Shown: in pieces, positions 20,702 to 30,592 of the stretch
Numbering within the stretch: position 1 is the stretch's first letter
Layout: every line of letters starts with the position of its first letter
Source of the DNA: an uncultured Muribaculaceae bacterium
GTDB taxonomy: Bacteria; Bacillota_I; Bacilli_A; RF39; UBA660
NCBI GenBank assembly: GCA_964481005.1
Contig: CAYZRY010000004.1
Coordinates: forward strand, 1-59,008
DNA: 59,008 nt
Direction: 5' to 3'
The notes under the pieces: generated by a model
Seen by the model: the letters and a program-made list of their open reading frames with translations, nothing else
Told to the model about the DNA's origin: nothing
Database searches by the model: none
Program-made: the position numbers and the translations under genes

Positions 20702-21122
20702 TTAACTCACCAACCTTTTCTCTTTTGATAAATTTAGTCTTAATTGGCAACTTGTGTGACGCTAAACGAAGAGCTTCTCTTGCGATTGCTTCATCTACTT
20801 GAGCTACTTCGAAAAGAATTTTTCCTTCTTTTGCAACTGCAACCCAGGCATCGACACTACCCTTACCTTTTCCTTGACGGCTACCGATTGACTTTTTAGT
20901 TAACGGCATGTGTGGGAAAATGTTTATCCAAACTTTTCCACCACGTTTCATATAACGAGTCATCGCTACACGAGCTGCTTCAATTTGATTAGCTGTGATC
21001 CAAGCACCTTCAAGTGCAACTAGACCGTAATCACCTTGGTTAAGCTCACGATTACCCTTAGCACGACCTTCGTAAGGCAATCTGTGAACACGACGATATT
21101 TAGTTCTTGATGGTATTCGCAT
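20691..21122 (-). CDS. rplP: 50S ribosomal protein L16
   Basis: [26 protein letters not shown]. Confidence 0.98.
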   Translation of the reverse strand: MRIPSRTKYRRVHRLPYEGRAKGNRELNQGDYGLVALEGAWITANQIEAARVAMTRYMKRGGKVWINIFPHMPLTKKSIGSRQGKGKGSVDAWVAVAKEGKILFEVAQVDEAIAREALRLASHKLPIKTKFIKREKVGELNEG

Positions 21123-21124
21123 AA

Positions 21125-21778
21125 TTAATTACCTCCTTTAGTCTTTTTATTAAGTATTTCACCTTTATAGATCCATACTTTAACCCCAATCTTTCCAAAT
21201 GTTGTAGACGCTTCTTGATGGCTGTAATCAATATCAGCACGAAGTGTATGAAGTGGAATAGTTCCTTCTGAATAACCTTCAGAACGAGCGATTTCAGCTC
21301 CACCAAGACGACCAGAAACCATAGTTTTAATTCCTTTAGCTCCAGACTTCATAGCGTTACGAATTGCTCTCTTCTGTGCACTCTTAAATGATGCACGGTT
21401 TTCAATTTGTTGAGCGATACTCTTAGCAACAAGTGTTGCATCAAGTTCAGCCTTCTTAATATCCACAATCGATACTTCTACATTTTGTTCGTCGATTAGG
21501 TTTTTAATTTCATCTCGTAGTTTATTAATCTCTTCACCACCACGGCCTATAATAATACCTGGTTTAGATGTATGAACAATAACTTCGACACGTTTGTTAT
21601 TCTTATCAATCTCGACTTTAGATAAACTAGCATTAGCTAATTTCTTGTCAAGAAATGCTCTTAGCTTGATATCTTTTGCAAGAAAATCAGCATAATCTTT
21701 ACTGTTTGCGTACCACTTAGATTCCCAATCTTTGTTGATACCCAATCTCATTCCTATCGGATTAACTTTTTGTCCCAT
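21125..21778 (-). CDS. rpsC: 30S ribosomal protein S3
   Basis: [30 protein letters not shown]. Confidence 0.99.
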   Translation of the reverse strand: MGQKVNPIGMRLGINKDWESKWYANSKDYADFLAKDIKLRAFLDKKLANASLSKVEIDKNNKRVEVIVHTSKPGIIIGRGGEEINKLRDEIKNLIDEQNVEVSIVDIKKAELDATLVAKSIAQQIENRASFKSAQKRAIRNAMKSGAKGIKTMVSGRLGGAEIARSEGYSEGTIPLHTLRADIDYSHQEASTTFGKIGVKVWIYKGEILNKKTKGGN

Positions 21779-21796
21779 TGTTTTACCTCCTTACCA

Positions 21797-22129
21797 CTAT
21801 TTACTTACTACCGTGATTACTATGTGACTAGTTCTACGATCTTTGTGTCCTATATGGCTACGAGAGTCAAACATATGACGCTTTAGCACAGGACCTGCAT
21901 CTACTCTTGCTTCCTTAACATATAAAGTAGCTTCGTCAAGTTTAAGATTATTAACAGCGTTAGCCACTGCTGAATCTAAAACTTTCTTAGTAAGAGAAGA
22001 TGACTTCTTATTTAAATTATTTAATATATTTTTTGCTTCACTAACTTTTTTACCACGGATCATGTCCACGACTAAGCGTGCCTTGATAGGTGATATTCTA
22101 ATTGTTTTAGCAATTGCTCTTGCTTCCAT
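21797..22129 (-). CDS. rplV: 50S ribosomal protein L22
   Basis: RISPIKARLV, SAVANA, RTSHI; operon position. Confidence 0.97.
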   Translation of the reverse strand: MEARAIAKTIRISPIKARLVVDMIRGKKVSEAKNILNNLNKKSSSLTKKVLDSAVANAVNNLKLDEATLYVKEARVDAGPVLKRHMFDSRSHIGHKDRRTSHIVITVVSK

Positions 22130-22145
22130 AATTGTCTCCCTTCAC

Positions 22146-22415
22146 CTATTTTTTCTTTCCATCACCGTGACCGCTAAATTTGCGAGTCAATGCGAATTCT
22201 CCCAACTTGTGTCCAACCATGTCTTCAGTTACGTAGACAGGAATGAATTCTCTACCATTGTGGACAGCAAATGTGTGTCCAATAAAGTCAGGATAAATTG
22301 TTGAGCGGCGAGACCAAGTTTTTAAAACTTCTTTCTTGCCAGATTGGTTCATTTCTTTGACCCTATTAAGTAATCTTTCGAATACATAAGGACCTTTTTT
22401 CAAACTTCTTGCCAT
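22146..22415 (-). CDS. rpsS: 30S ribosomal protein S19
   Basis: RSLKKGP, TWSRRS, GHKLGEF. Confidence 0.99.
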   Translation of the reverse strand: MARSLKKGPYVFERLLNRVKEMNQSGKKEVLKTWSRRSTIYPDFIGHTFAVHNGREFIPVYVTEDMVGHKLGEFALTRKFSGHGDGKKK

Positions 22416-22430
22416 AATTTATTGCCTCCT

Positions 22431-23258
22431 TTACTTAGTACGACGTCTAGCAATAAGCTTATCTGACGCCTTCTTCTTTCTTGTCTTGTATCCAAGAGCT
22501 GGTTTACCCCAAGGTGTAACTGGAGCTTTACGACCGATTGGTGCACGCCCCTCACCACCTCCATGTGGGTGATCATTAGGGTTCATAACTGAACCACGAA
22601 CAGTAGGTCTTATACCCATGTGTCTGCTTCTTCCAGCTTTACCAAGGTTGATTAGACCGTAGTCTGCATTTCCAACTTCTCCGATAGTTGCATAACATGT
22701 TCCAAGAACTTGTCTTTGCTCACCACTTGAAAGTCTAAGCATGACATATTTACCTTCACGACCTAGAATTTGAGCTGAAGTTCCAGCACTTCTTGCTAGC
22801 TCTCCACCACGTCCAACTCTAAGTTCGATGTTGTGTACAACTGTTCCAACTGGAATACTCATTAGTGGTAATGCATTACCGACTTTAATGTCAGCAGTTT
22901 CACCAGCCATGATAGTCATTCCAACTTCAATTGTCTTAGGAGCTAGAATATATCTCTTTTCTCCATCAGCGTAATTGATTAGTGCAATATTAGCACTTCT
23001 GTTTGGATCGTATTCGATAGTTGCAACTTTACCAGGAATATCTCTTTTGTTTCTTTTGAAATCAATTAGACGATATTTACGTTTAGCACCACCACCGTGA
23101 TGTCTAACAGTAATCTTACCTTGGTTGTTACGACCACCTTTTTTACTGATACTTACAAGCAAACTCTTCTCAGGAGTATCAGTTGTAATATGACTGTTAA
23201 TAACAGTACTCATTCCACGTCTACCAGGAGTAGTCGCTTTATAATTTCTAATTGCCAT
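22431..23258 (-). CDS. rplB: 50S ribosomal protein L2
   Basis: [21 protein letters not shown]. Confidence 0.99.
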   Translation of the reverse strand: MAIRNYKATTPGRRGMSTVINSHITTDTPEKSLLVSISKKGGRNNQGKITVRHHGGGAKRKYRLIDFKRNKRDIPGKVATIEYDPNRSANIALINYADGEKRYILAPKTIEVGMTIMAGETADIKVGNALPLMSIPVGTVVHNIELRVGRGGELARSAGTSAQILGREGKYVMLRLSSGEQRQVLGTCYATIGEVGNADYGLINLGKAGRSRHMGIRPTVRGSVMNPNDHPHGGGEGRAPIGRKAPVTPWGKPALGYKTRKKKASDKLIARRRTK

Positions 23259-23271
23259 AACTAATTCCTCC

Positions 23272-23553
23272 TTAATTAAGTTCGATCGTCTGTCCAGCAG
23301 CCAATGTTACAATCGCTTTCTTTCCACGATTAGTCATCCCGCTATAACGACCCACTCTCTTTTTCTTAGGAACAATATTTACAGTACGTATTTCTACGAC
23401 CTTAACATTAAATATTTGTTCAATTGCTTTCTTAATTTCAACTTTATTAGCATTGTATGCCACTTTGAAGACATATTTACCTTGCTCAGCAAGTGCAGAA
23501 CTCTTCTCAGTGATAACTGGAGCTTTAATTATCTCTAAATATTTAGTATTCAT
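23272..23553 (-). CDS. rplW: 50S ribosomal protein L23
   Basis: PVITEKS, KKAIVTL. Confidence 0.98.
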   Translation of the reverse strand: MNTKYLEIIKAPVITEKSSALAEQGKYVFKVAYNANKVEIKKAIEQIFNVKVVEIRTVNIVPKKKRVGRYSGMTNRGKKAIVTLAAGQTIELN

Positions 23554-24173
23554 TATTTAAACTCCTCCTCGATTGCTTCTAAAGCATCTTTTGTAATCAA
23601 AACCTTATCAGCAGAAATTAAATCTAATACATTGATTTCACCAGCTTCGATTAGAATTAGTGTATCGATGTTTCTAGAAGCAAGAATTAAGCTTTCTTCT
23701 AGTTCTTTAACTACTACTAGGACTTTGACACCCTCTAATTTAAGGGTATTTAAGATGTTTAGCATCTCTTTAGTCTTAGGAGTTGGAACTTTAAGTTCGT
23801 CAACTACGACTAAATCTGCTGCTTTCTTAGTTAATGCACTAATAAGCGCTAAACGTCTTTCTTTACGATTCATTTTAATAGTCGAAACGATAGGCTGAGG
23901 ACCCATGCTGATTCCACCACCGACCCATTGTACAGATCTGATAGAACCTTGACGAGCACGACCAGTTCCTTTTTGACGCCAAGGTTTTCTTCCTCCGCCT
24001 CTAACTTCAGAACGAGTTTTAACTTTACGCGTTCCTTGTCTTAGAGAAGCTCGAGTAAGAACAATAGCATCTTTTAAAACTTTATCGTTTGCTTCGATAT
24101 TAAAAATATTTTCGTTTAATTCAATATCTTTTATCTTTTCACCTTTAAGGTTTAAAAGCGTTATCTTTTTCAT
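23553..24173 (-). CDS. rplD: 50S ribosomal protein L4
   Basis: RKPWRQKGTGRARQGS; start at 24173 after GGAGG. Confidence 0.98.
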   Translation of the reverse strand: MKKITLLNLKGEKIKDIELNENIFNIEANDKVLKDAIVLTRASLRQGTRKVKTRSEVRGGGRKPWRQKGTGRARQGSIRSVQWVGGGISMGPQPIVSTIKMNRKERRLALISALTKKAADLVVVDELKVPTPKTKEMLNILNTLKLEGVKVLVVVKELEESLILASRNIDTLILIEAGEINVLDLISADKVLITKDALEAIEEEFK

Positions 24174-24208
24174 CTTATTTCCTCCCTCAATCATAAATGA
24201 TTATGATA

Positions 24209-25039
24209 TTACTCCTTGTCTGTCTCTTCAGCAGGAGCTTCGTCAGTTTCAGGAGCAGATTCTTCAGCTGGCTCTTCACTAGCTTCTTCTACTTCAGCAG
24301 TTTCTTCGACTGCTTCCTCAACTGTTTCTTGTGCTTCCACTTCAGCAGTTTCTGTTATCTCTTCTTCTATGACTTCATAGGTAATAAGTTCTTCTGCGTT
24401 AGCATTAACTTCTTCACCCTTTTTAACAGATGTTTTGATAATGACAAGCGATTTCTTTGGTCCAGGGACATTACCCTTGACTAAGATTACGTTGTTTTCT
24501 AAATCAACTGATACAACTTCCAAGTTTTGAATAGTTGTAAGTTCATTTCCCATGCGTCCAGCCATCTTCTTACCTTTGATGACGTGCATCGGTAACATGG
24601 TTCCAAGAGAACCGACTCCACGATGGTACTGAGATCCATGTGACATAGGTCCGCGTGCTTGATTGTGGCGTTTGATAACACCTTGCGTCCCTTTACCTTT
24701 ACTAACTCCTTGAACATCGACGATCTCACCGACAGTAAAGACGTTAGCATCGATAACTTGACCTAGTTCATAAGAACTTGGGTTAGCCCCTCTGATCTCT
24801 CTCAAGAAGCGCTTAGGAGCTGTATTTGCTTTTTTTGTATGACCCATTTTTGCTTTGTTAGAACTTTTGTCTTTGACAGTGTAAGTTCCAAGTTGGACTG
24901 CATCGTAACCATCTTTATCAACTGTTTTGATTTGAGTTACTACATTGGGTTCGACTTCGATTACAGTTACAGGCACTAATTTACCAGAAACAGTAAATAC
25001 TTGAGTCATTCCAACTTTTTTTCCTAAGATTCCTTTCAT
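24209..25039 (-). CDS. rplC: 50S ribosomal protein L3 with an acidic C-terminal extension
   Basis: [22 protein letters not shown]; start at 25039 after GGAGG. Confidence 0.98.
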   Translation of the reverse strand: MKGILGKKVGMTQVFTVSGKLVPVTVIEVEPNVVTQIKTVDKDGYDAVQLGTYTVKDKSSNKAKMGHTKKANTAPKRFLREIRGANPSSYELGQVIDANVFTVGEIVDVQGVSKGKGTQGVIKRHNQARGPMSHGSQYHRGVGSLGTMLPMHVIKGKKMAGRMGNELTTIQNLEVVSVDLENNVILVKGNVPGPKKSLVIIKTSVKKGEEVNANAEELITYEVIEEEITETAEVEAQETVEEAVEETAEVEEASEEPAEESAPETDEAPAEETDKE

Positions 25040-25051
25040 TTTTTCCTCCAA

Positions 25052-25366
25052 TTATTTGTTTTGTTCTTTGATACTGATTTCAACACCACTAGGTAAGTCA
25101 AGATGCTTTAGCGCATCCATTGTTTCCTTGCTTGGTTCTTTGATATCAATAAGTCTCTTATGCGTACGCATTTCGAATTGCTCACGAGAATCCTTGTATT
25201 TGTGTACAGCTCTAATAACTGTAAACTTCTCGATATCAGTAGGTAGTGGTACTGGACCGCTAATCTTTCCTCCTGATCTCGTAACAGCTTCAACTATTTT
25301 AGTTGCAGCCTTATCAAGAACTCTGTGGTCATATGCTTTTAATTTAATACGAACTATTTTCGACAT
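25052..25366 (-). CDS. rpsJ: 30S ribosomal protein S10
   Basis: [28 protein letters not shown]. Confidence 0.99.
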   Translation of the reverse strand: MSKIVRIKLKAYDHRVLDKAATKIVEAVTRSGGKISGPVPLPTDIEKFTVIRAVHKYKDSREQFEMRTHKRLIDIKEPSKETMDALKHLDLPSGVEISIKEQNK

Positions 25367-25493
25367 ATTAAATCCTCCCTTCGCCTATATCTAGTATAGA
25401 CATGCTCCGTGTAAACACCCGATACTTGTTAACAACTTAACCTGGTGTATCAGCAACCTTACACATCTAAGCAGCCACACGACTACCATTATA
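25367..25493 (-). promoter_or_regulatory. S10 operon promoter (-10) and structured 5' leader
   Basis: TATAAT at 25488-25493, then AGGTTGCTGATACACC...CACGGAG...GTCT...AGGCGAAGGGAGG, resembling Firmicutes rpsJ leaders as I recall them. Confidence 0.7.
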
Positions 25494-25562
25494 TACTTTT
25501 GAAACCGCAAAAGCAAGCTATTTTTCCAAAAAAATCTATTATTTTGCAAAGAAAAAGAAGAA

Positions 25563-26813
25563 TTACTTTTCTTCTCTTGCTACATCTAGTGCTTTTTGTA
25601 ATTGATTGTCATCTTTTTCATCTAAAGTCTTATAGTAGTTATCATTCATAATTACTTCAAAGTTAGGCATAATTCCCTTTTCATTGATGACATTTCCTTT
25701 TGGTGTAAGCCACTCTTTAATAGTAAACTTGATCATCGAACCGCTGCGTAAATCACGAGCAGCTTGAACAGTTCCTTTACCGAAAGTTTTAACACCGACT
25801 GAAACTGCTTTATCATTTTCTTTAAGAGCTGCGACAAACACTTCTGATGCCGAAGCACTACCCTCGTTAGTTATAAATACAACTGGTAAGTCATACATTT
25901 TCTTTTCGGTAGACTTTGTTTTAGTTATTCCGCTTTTGGCTTTAAACTGGTGCATTATTTCACCTTTATCAAGGAACATCTCCGCCATTGCATCGACCAC
26001 TGTCAAATGTCCACCCGTATTGTTACGAAGATCAATAACTACTGATTCAACTTTATCTTCCTTGATATGTTTATCAATCATCTTCTTAAACTGTCCAGCT
26101 GTATTGGCTGCAAAAGTACTAACTCTTATGTAGGAAACATTCTTACCTTCTTCTTTGTAGACTCGTCCGCTTACCGAAGTAAGAGTAATGATATCCCTTG
26201 TAACAGTAAACTTCTTCTCATTACCATCTCGCTTAATAACGATATCAAACTTAGTTCCTTTTTTACCTCTGATGATATTTACGATATCCTGAAGCGTTCC
26301 GTCTTTAGCAAATTTATCATTTACCTTAACTATTTCATCTCCGGCTTTTATCCCAACTTTTTCAGCCGGACTACCCGCAAAGACATCAACAATCTTAATA
26401 ACTCTTTCTTCATTTGCTGAAACGGTTACTCCCATTCCAACAAACTGACCATCCATCTCATCATTGAAGCTCTGAGAATTGTCGCCACTCATATAAACTG
26501 AATATTTATCGCCGAGGAATTTAATCATTCCCTCGATACCAGCTTCAGCTAACTTCTTTGAATCGACTTCACCGTAATATTCATTTTTAACAGTTTCATA
26601 AACACTAATTAGTTCATTCAAATCATTATTTTTTAATACTATTTCTCTGCTTTTAGAAAAAGGTGATTTTAAATTGTTAGCAAAGCCACCAACAATTATT
26701 CCAAAGACCACCGTAACTAGCATTATTACTAATACTTCTAGTAGGGAAAAACTATATTTTTCAATACCTTGATCTTTAACTATTTTCTTTTTCTTAATTT
26801 CTTTTTTCTTCAT
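25563..26813 (-). CDS. C-terminal processing protease, S41A family (CtpA-like)
   Basis: TM, PDZ, DLRNNTGG, SASASE (Ser), TFGKGTVQ (Lys). Confidence 0.95.
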   Translation of the reverse strand: MKKKEIKKKKIVKDQGIEKYSFSLLEVLVIMLVTVVFGIIVGGFANNLKSPFSKSREIVLKNNDLNELISVYETVKNEYYGEVDSKKLAEAGIEGMIKFLGDKYSVYMSGDNSQSFNDEMDGQFVGMGVTVSANEERVIKIVDVFAGSPAEKVGIKAGDEIVKVNDKFAKDGTLQDIVNIIRGKKGTKFDIVIKRDGNEKKFTVTRDIITLTSVSGRVYKEEGKNVSYIRVSTFAANTAGQFKKMIDKHIKEDKVESVVIDLRNNTGGHLTVVDAMAEMFLDKGEIMHQFKAKSGITKTKSTEKKMYDLPVVFITNEGSASASEVFVAALKENDKAVSVGVKTFGKGTVQAARDLRSGSMIKFTIKEWLTPKGNVINEKGIMPNFEVIMNDNYYKTLDEKDDNQLQKALDVAREEK

Positions 26814-26873
26814 CCAATCACATCCTATAATAAATATTTTAACACATATTTATAAATTAAAAACACTAAATGA

Positions 26874-26896
26874 AAAATAACTCAAAGAGTTATTTT
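26874..26896 (-). terminator. intrinsic terminator
   Basis: AAAATAACTC-TTT-GAGTTATTTT. Confidence 0.6.
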
Positions 26897-27686
26897 ACTT
26901 TACTATTACTTTTCCTTTTAAGAAGTCGATAACAGCTCTTTCATTATCATAATGTGTAACTACCACCTTATCCTTAATATGTAACATAGTAGTTTCTTTA
27001 ACTTTGAAATTATCTTTAGTATAAGATACTTCATCGCTAGCAACTATGCTACTGTTGAGAATATTTTTTAAATCTACTTCGAAGATCGGAGTTAACTTTT
27101 TACCACGATAATCTGCGACAATCGATTTTAGAAATCTAGAATCTTCACTATCCATATCATAGATTACTACAAAGTATTCAGCATCAGCTTTATCGAAAAT
27201 ACGCGAAGCTAATATTTCACTATTTTGAATTGTTTTAACTTCTTCTTCAATTTTAGGAGCTTTATCTCTTCTGACAAAGTTAGTTATCAAATAGACACTA
27301 GCTAGTATCGCTAAAACTATACCGACAATAATAACTAATTTTCTAATTAAGGCTGCGTCACCAGTCATCTCATTTGATGAGAATAATCTTTCTTTATTCT
27401 TCTTATCTGGTCGCATTGATTTAGTTGCTATCGGTTTTTCGCGCTTAACTTCTCTCTCAAGCTTTGCAGGTTCTTTTTTAATTTTTTCAACCTTTTCAAT
27501 AGGTTTTTTAATTTCTTGAGCAACTGATTCAATTTTTTTCTCATTCTTCTTTACTACCTTCTTAGGACTTGTCTTTTTAACCGTCTCTTGTTTCTTAGCA
27601 GTTACCTTCTTTGCAGTAGTTGTTTTTTTAGCAGTTGTTTTCTTTTTTGGAGTCGTCTTTTTCTTAGGACTCTTTTTATTTGCCAT
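26895..27686 (-). CDS. hypothetical membrane protein with a Lys-rich N-terminus
   Basis: KKTTPKKKTTAKKTTTAKK region, one TM and a small C-terminal domain; start may be 27695. Confidence 0.75.
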   Translation of the reverse strand: MANKKSPKKKTTPKKKTTAKKTTTAKKVTAKKQETVKKTSPKKVVKKNEKKIESVAQEIKKPIEKVEKIKKEPAKLEREVKREKPIATKSMRPDKKNKERLFSSNEMTGDAALIRKLVIIVGIVLAILASVYLITNFVRRDKAPKIEEEVKTIQNSEILASRIFDKADAEYFVVIYDMDSEDSRFLKSIVADYRGKKLTPIFEVDLKNILNSSIVASDEVSYTKDNFKVKETTMLHIKDKVVVTHYDNERAVIDFLKGKVIVK

Positions 27687-27740
27687 ATTAATCACCCAAT
27701 AAAATTATAACATCTCACTTAGAAAAAGAAAAGTGCAATT

Positions 27741-27768
27741 AAAAAACCAGAAAATCATTCTGGTTTTT
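27741..27768 (-). terminator. intrinsic terminator after cdaR
   Basis: AAAAACCAGAA-TGATT-TTCTGGTTTTTT. Confidence 0.75.
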
Positions 27769-27771
27769 ATC

Positions 27772-29115
27772 TTATTGAGTTATTCGAACCTTAACTTTTT
27801 TGACACGTGGTGTGTAAGATGCTCTGGCATCTGTTCCCGTGACCGTTACTTCGACCTCGTGTTCACCAGGTCCAAGACCACTTAGGTCAACTGTAGCTTT
27901 GATCATCGAATTATCAATCGGAGCAATTACTTCCTGACTTCCCTTGACAATAACGGTAATCAAGCTCGATCCAGCATCTAGCGCCTGAGCTTTATATGCT
28001 GCATTAAGATTACTGATATTAACTGAAACACCAGTTACTTCTTTACTAGATACTTCACCGACCGTTAAGTTAACTCTGATAATCTTTTCACTAATTGATC
28101 TGACACCAGTTGGCTTACTTAGGTTAATTGTATATTCTTTATCTTTGTCGACTCCAGATATATCAATTTGTACCGGTAAGTAAGAAATCTTTTCAAGCGC
28201 ATCACGAGCTCCGAATAAAGTTACCTTAGTAATATTAGAGTCAAGTGATTTGATAGACTTACCATTTAATTCACCCTCAGTAATAATTCTGATTGGTACT
28301 TCTTTCGATGGTGAAGTTATATCTAAGGTTGCCTCGACTTTATCGGCCACTATTTCGACATTGATTGGTCTTCCATCTTTATCGTAGGCAACAAGTTTTA
28401 AATCACTCAGTGTTGCTACTCCGACTTTAGGATCAACTAAATTATCGAGATCTACTAGTGCTTTGACAGTTGCAACATTCTCAAGTTTATGAGCTGCACC
28501 TTTGATAATGACACTGTCGATATTAAGTTTGACGTTTTCAATATTTAACGTTTCGTTTAGTTTTTCTTTGTGAACGATATCAGCCGTTAATTCTCTAACT
28601 TCAGACATCTTCTTATATATGACAATCGTAACAGTAGACGGATCAAGTTTATACTGAACCGCTGTTACAGAATGTTTATACTTCATTGAAACTTTGTGTG
28701 TACCAGGCTTTAAATCCTGAAGATCGACACTGACTCCTGAAGCTGGATACTGTTTAGCTAGATATACATCCCACGTTTTACCAATTAAGGTTACATCTAC
28801 TGTCTCAGGCAATCCTTCGACTACATATGACTCTTCATTGTAAATTGCTTTGACTGGTTGACCGTACAATACCTCGGCATTATTAGCAATAAGTCTGTTC
28901 GATCTTCCATCGATAAGGAAAAAAGTTAATAGAGCAAAAATTAGTGAAATGACAACTAAAGATTGTCTATTGCTAATTATCTTTTCAAATGTCTTTGCAT
29001 TTCCCGTAAAGAAATCGATGATAATGATAAATAACTTAGTAATAGGTGTTATCAGCCAACGATCGAAAAAACTTGCTATTTTAGCGATTATTCCGCGATT
29101 ACTTATTTTCTTCAT
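27772..29115 (-). CDS. cdaR: CdaR (YbbR-repeat) regulator of diadenylate cyclase
   Basis: SLIFAL TM and repeated YbbR-like units (VDLQDLKPGTH, VDLSGLGPGEH); overlaps cdaA. Confidence 0.9.
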   Translation of the reverse strand: MKKISNRGIIAKIASFFDRWLITPITKLFIIIIDFFTGNAKTFEKIISNRQSLVVISLIFALLTFFLIDGRSNRLIANNAEVLYGQPVKAIYNEESYVVEGLPETVDVTLIGKTWDVYLAKQYPASGVSVDLQDLKPGTHKVSMKYKHSVTAVQYKLDPSTVTIVIYKKMSEVRELTADIVHKEKLNETLNIENVKLNIDSVIIKGAAHKLENVATVKALVDLDNLVDPKVGVATLSDLKLVAYDKDGRPINVEIVADKVEATLDITSPSKEVPIRIITEGELNGKSIKSLDSNITKVTLFGARDALEKISYLPVQIDISGVDKDKEYTINLSKPTGVRSISEKIIRVNLTVGEVSSKEVTGVSVNISNLNAAYKAQALDAGSSLITVIVKGSQEVIAPIDNSMIKATVDLSGLGPGEHEVEVTVTGTDARASYTPRVKKVKVRITQ

Positions 29116-29932
29116 AAATCTCTTCCTCGCTTATTTCTTCTTCATCTATTTCTGACTCGACCTTCGGTCTAAGTTCTTCGATTAATGTAATTCGAACATC
29201 ATCAATCGAGAGGTTATAGTATAACTCTCCCTTAATTGCAATCGATAATCTTCCTGTTTCTTCAGAAACTACCAAAGCGATACAATCGGTCTGTTCGGAA
29301 ATTCCGATAGCAGCTCTATGTCTAGTTCCAAGTCTACGAGTAGTCTTAACGTTGTTACTTGTTGGAAAAACTGCCCCAGCACTACTGATCTTTTCACCTT
29401 GGATAATAACTCCTCCATCGTGAAGTGGGTTATTTGGGAAAAAGATTGAATAAAGTAATTCACTGGATAAGTCTCCATAGATCTTTTTACTCTTTTCAAT
29501 ATAATCACTTAGACTTACATCACGTTCAACAACGATTAGTGCTCCGATGTGATTCTTGCGAAGTTGTTCCATCGCAGCTACTACTTCGTAAACTAAACGT
29601 TCGCGTTCATCAACCGTTAAAACTTTATGTCTACCAAGTAACTGATTTCGACCAAGTTGCTCTAAAATACCACGAATTTCTGGTTGAAAAACAATTATTA
29701 AAGCTAGAGGCCCCCACATGATTAAATATTCAAGTAAGAGTCCAATTGTTACAAAATTGAATGTATCTGCCGCTATTTTAAGAACTGCAACGATAATTAC
29801 ACCCTTAAAAATAAGCGTTAGCTTAACATTATTTTTAATACTCTTTAATATATAGTAAAAAATTAGCCACACTAAAAGTATGTCTACGGTTTTATTTAAA
29901 ATATTGATTAAACTGTCTATTGTTATGTTCAT
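29099..29932 (-). CDS. cdaA: diadenylate cyclase CdaA/DacA
   Basis: 3 TM helices, FQPEIR, GALIV, PLHDGG, LGTRHRAA, VSEETG. Confidence 0.96.
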   Translation of the reverse strand: MNITIDSLINILNKTVDILLVWLIFYYILKSIKNNVKLTLIFKGVIIVAVLKIAADTFNFVTIGLLLEYLIMWGPLALIIVFQPEIRGILEQLGRNQLLGRHKVLTVDERERLVYEVVAAMEQLRKNHIGALIVVERDVSLSDYIEKSKKIYGDLSSELLYSIFFPNNPLHDGGVIIQGEKISSAGAVFPTSNNVKTTRRLGTRHRAAIGISEQTDCIALVVSEETGRLSIAIKGELYYNLSIDDVRITLIEELRPKVESEIDEEEISEEEIYEENK

Positions 29933-29985
29933 TTAACATCCTCCATAGATAAACTATTATACATATATTTATCTTTTTAGTAAAG

Positions 29986-30462
29986 CTACTCAATTACTAA
30001 TACATTATCTTTTGGTTTTTCACCAACTTCAGGGTTAGTTACCTCTGTTACAACTGGCGCAGGCGCCGGAGCTACAACTGGAGCAACCGGTGCTGCCTGA
30101 TTTGCTTGCATCTCGCTATCTGCTGTCAGCGATGTTGGCATCGCCGCCAAAGTACTAGATATCTGTCTAGTTGGATTCTTAATCGCATCTTGTGGCTCGA
30201 CAACTGGTCCTTGCTTCAAAGTCGGATCGATAGCTACATTAGCCTTCTTAAACTCCGCTTCTTTAGCCATTGCTTCACCAGCTTTTTTACCCTCTTCTTC
30301 AGCCTTACGTTCACGACGAATACGATGAATCTCACTTCTTCTTTTAATCTCTAGTTCACCGATAATTCCAACTAAAGCAAAAATAATAATTAAAACTAAA
30401 ATTATATAAAAAATATAATATTTTCCAACTATGTCATATTTTAGGTAATCAATTATAAACAT
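29986..30462 (-). CDS. hypothetical membrane protein with a Pro/Ala-rich tail
   Basis: 158-aa ORF, SD GAGGT, N-terminal TM. Confidence 0.7.
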   Translation of the reverse strand: MFIIDYLKYDIVGKYYIFYIILVLIIIFALVGIIGELEIKRRSEIHRIRRERKAEEEGKKAGEAMAKEAEFKKANVAIDPTLKQGPVVEPQDAIKNPTRQISSTLAAMPTSLTADSEMQANQAAPVAPVVAPAPAPVVTEVTNPEVGEKPKDNVLVIE

Positions 30463-30592
30463 ATATACCTCTATTCTAATAATAGGATAACATTTTAGCT
30501 GTTTTTTATCAATAATTTTGACCCCGAAATATTCAATATTTTATTTGCTATTACATAATAAGTTTTTTTGATATAATTTATATGGTGATTAT

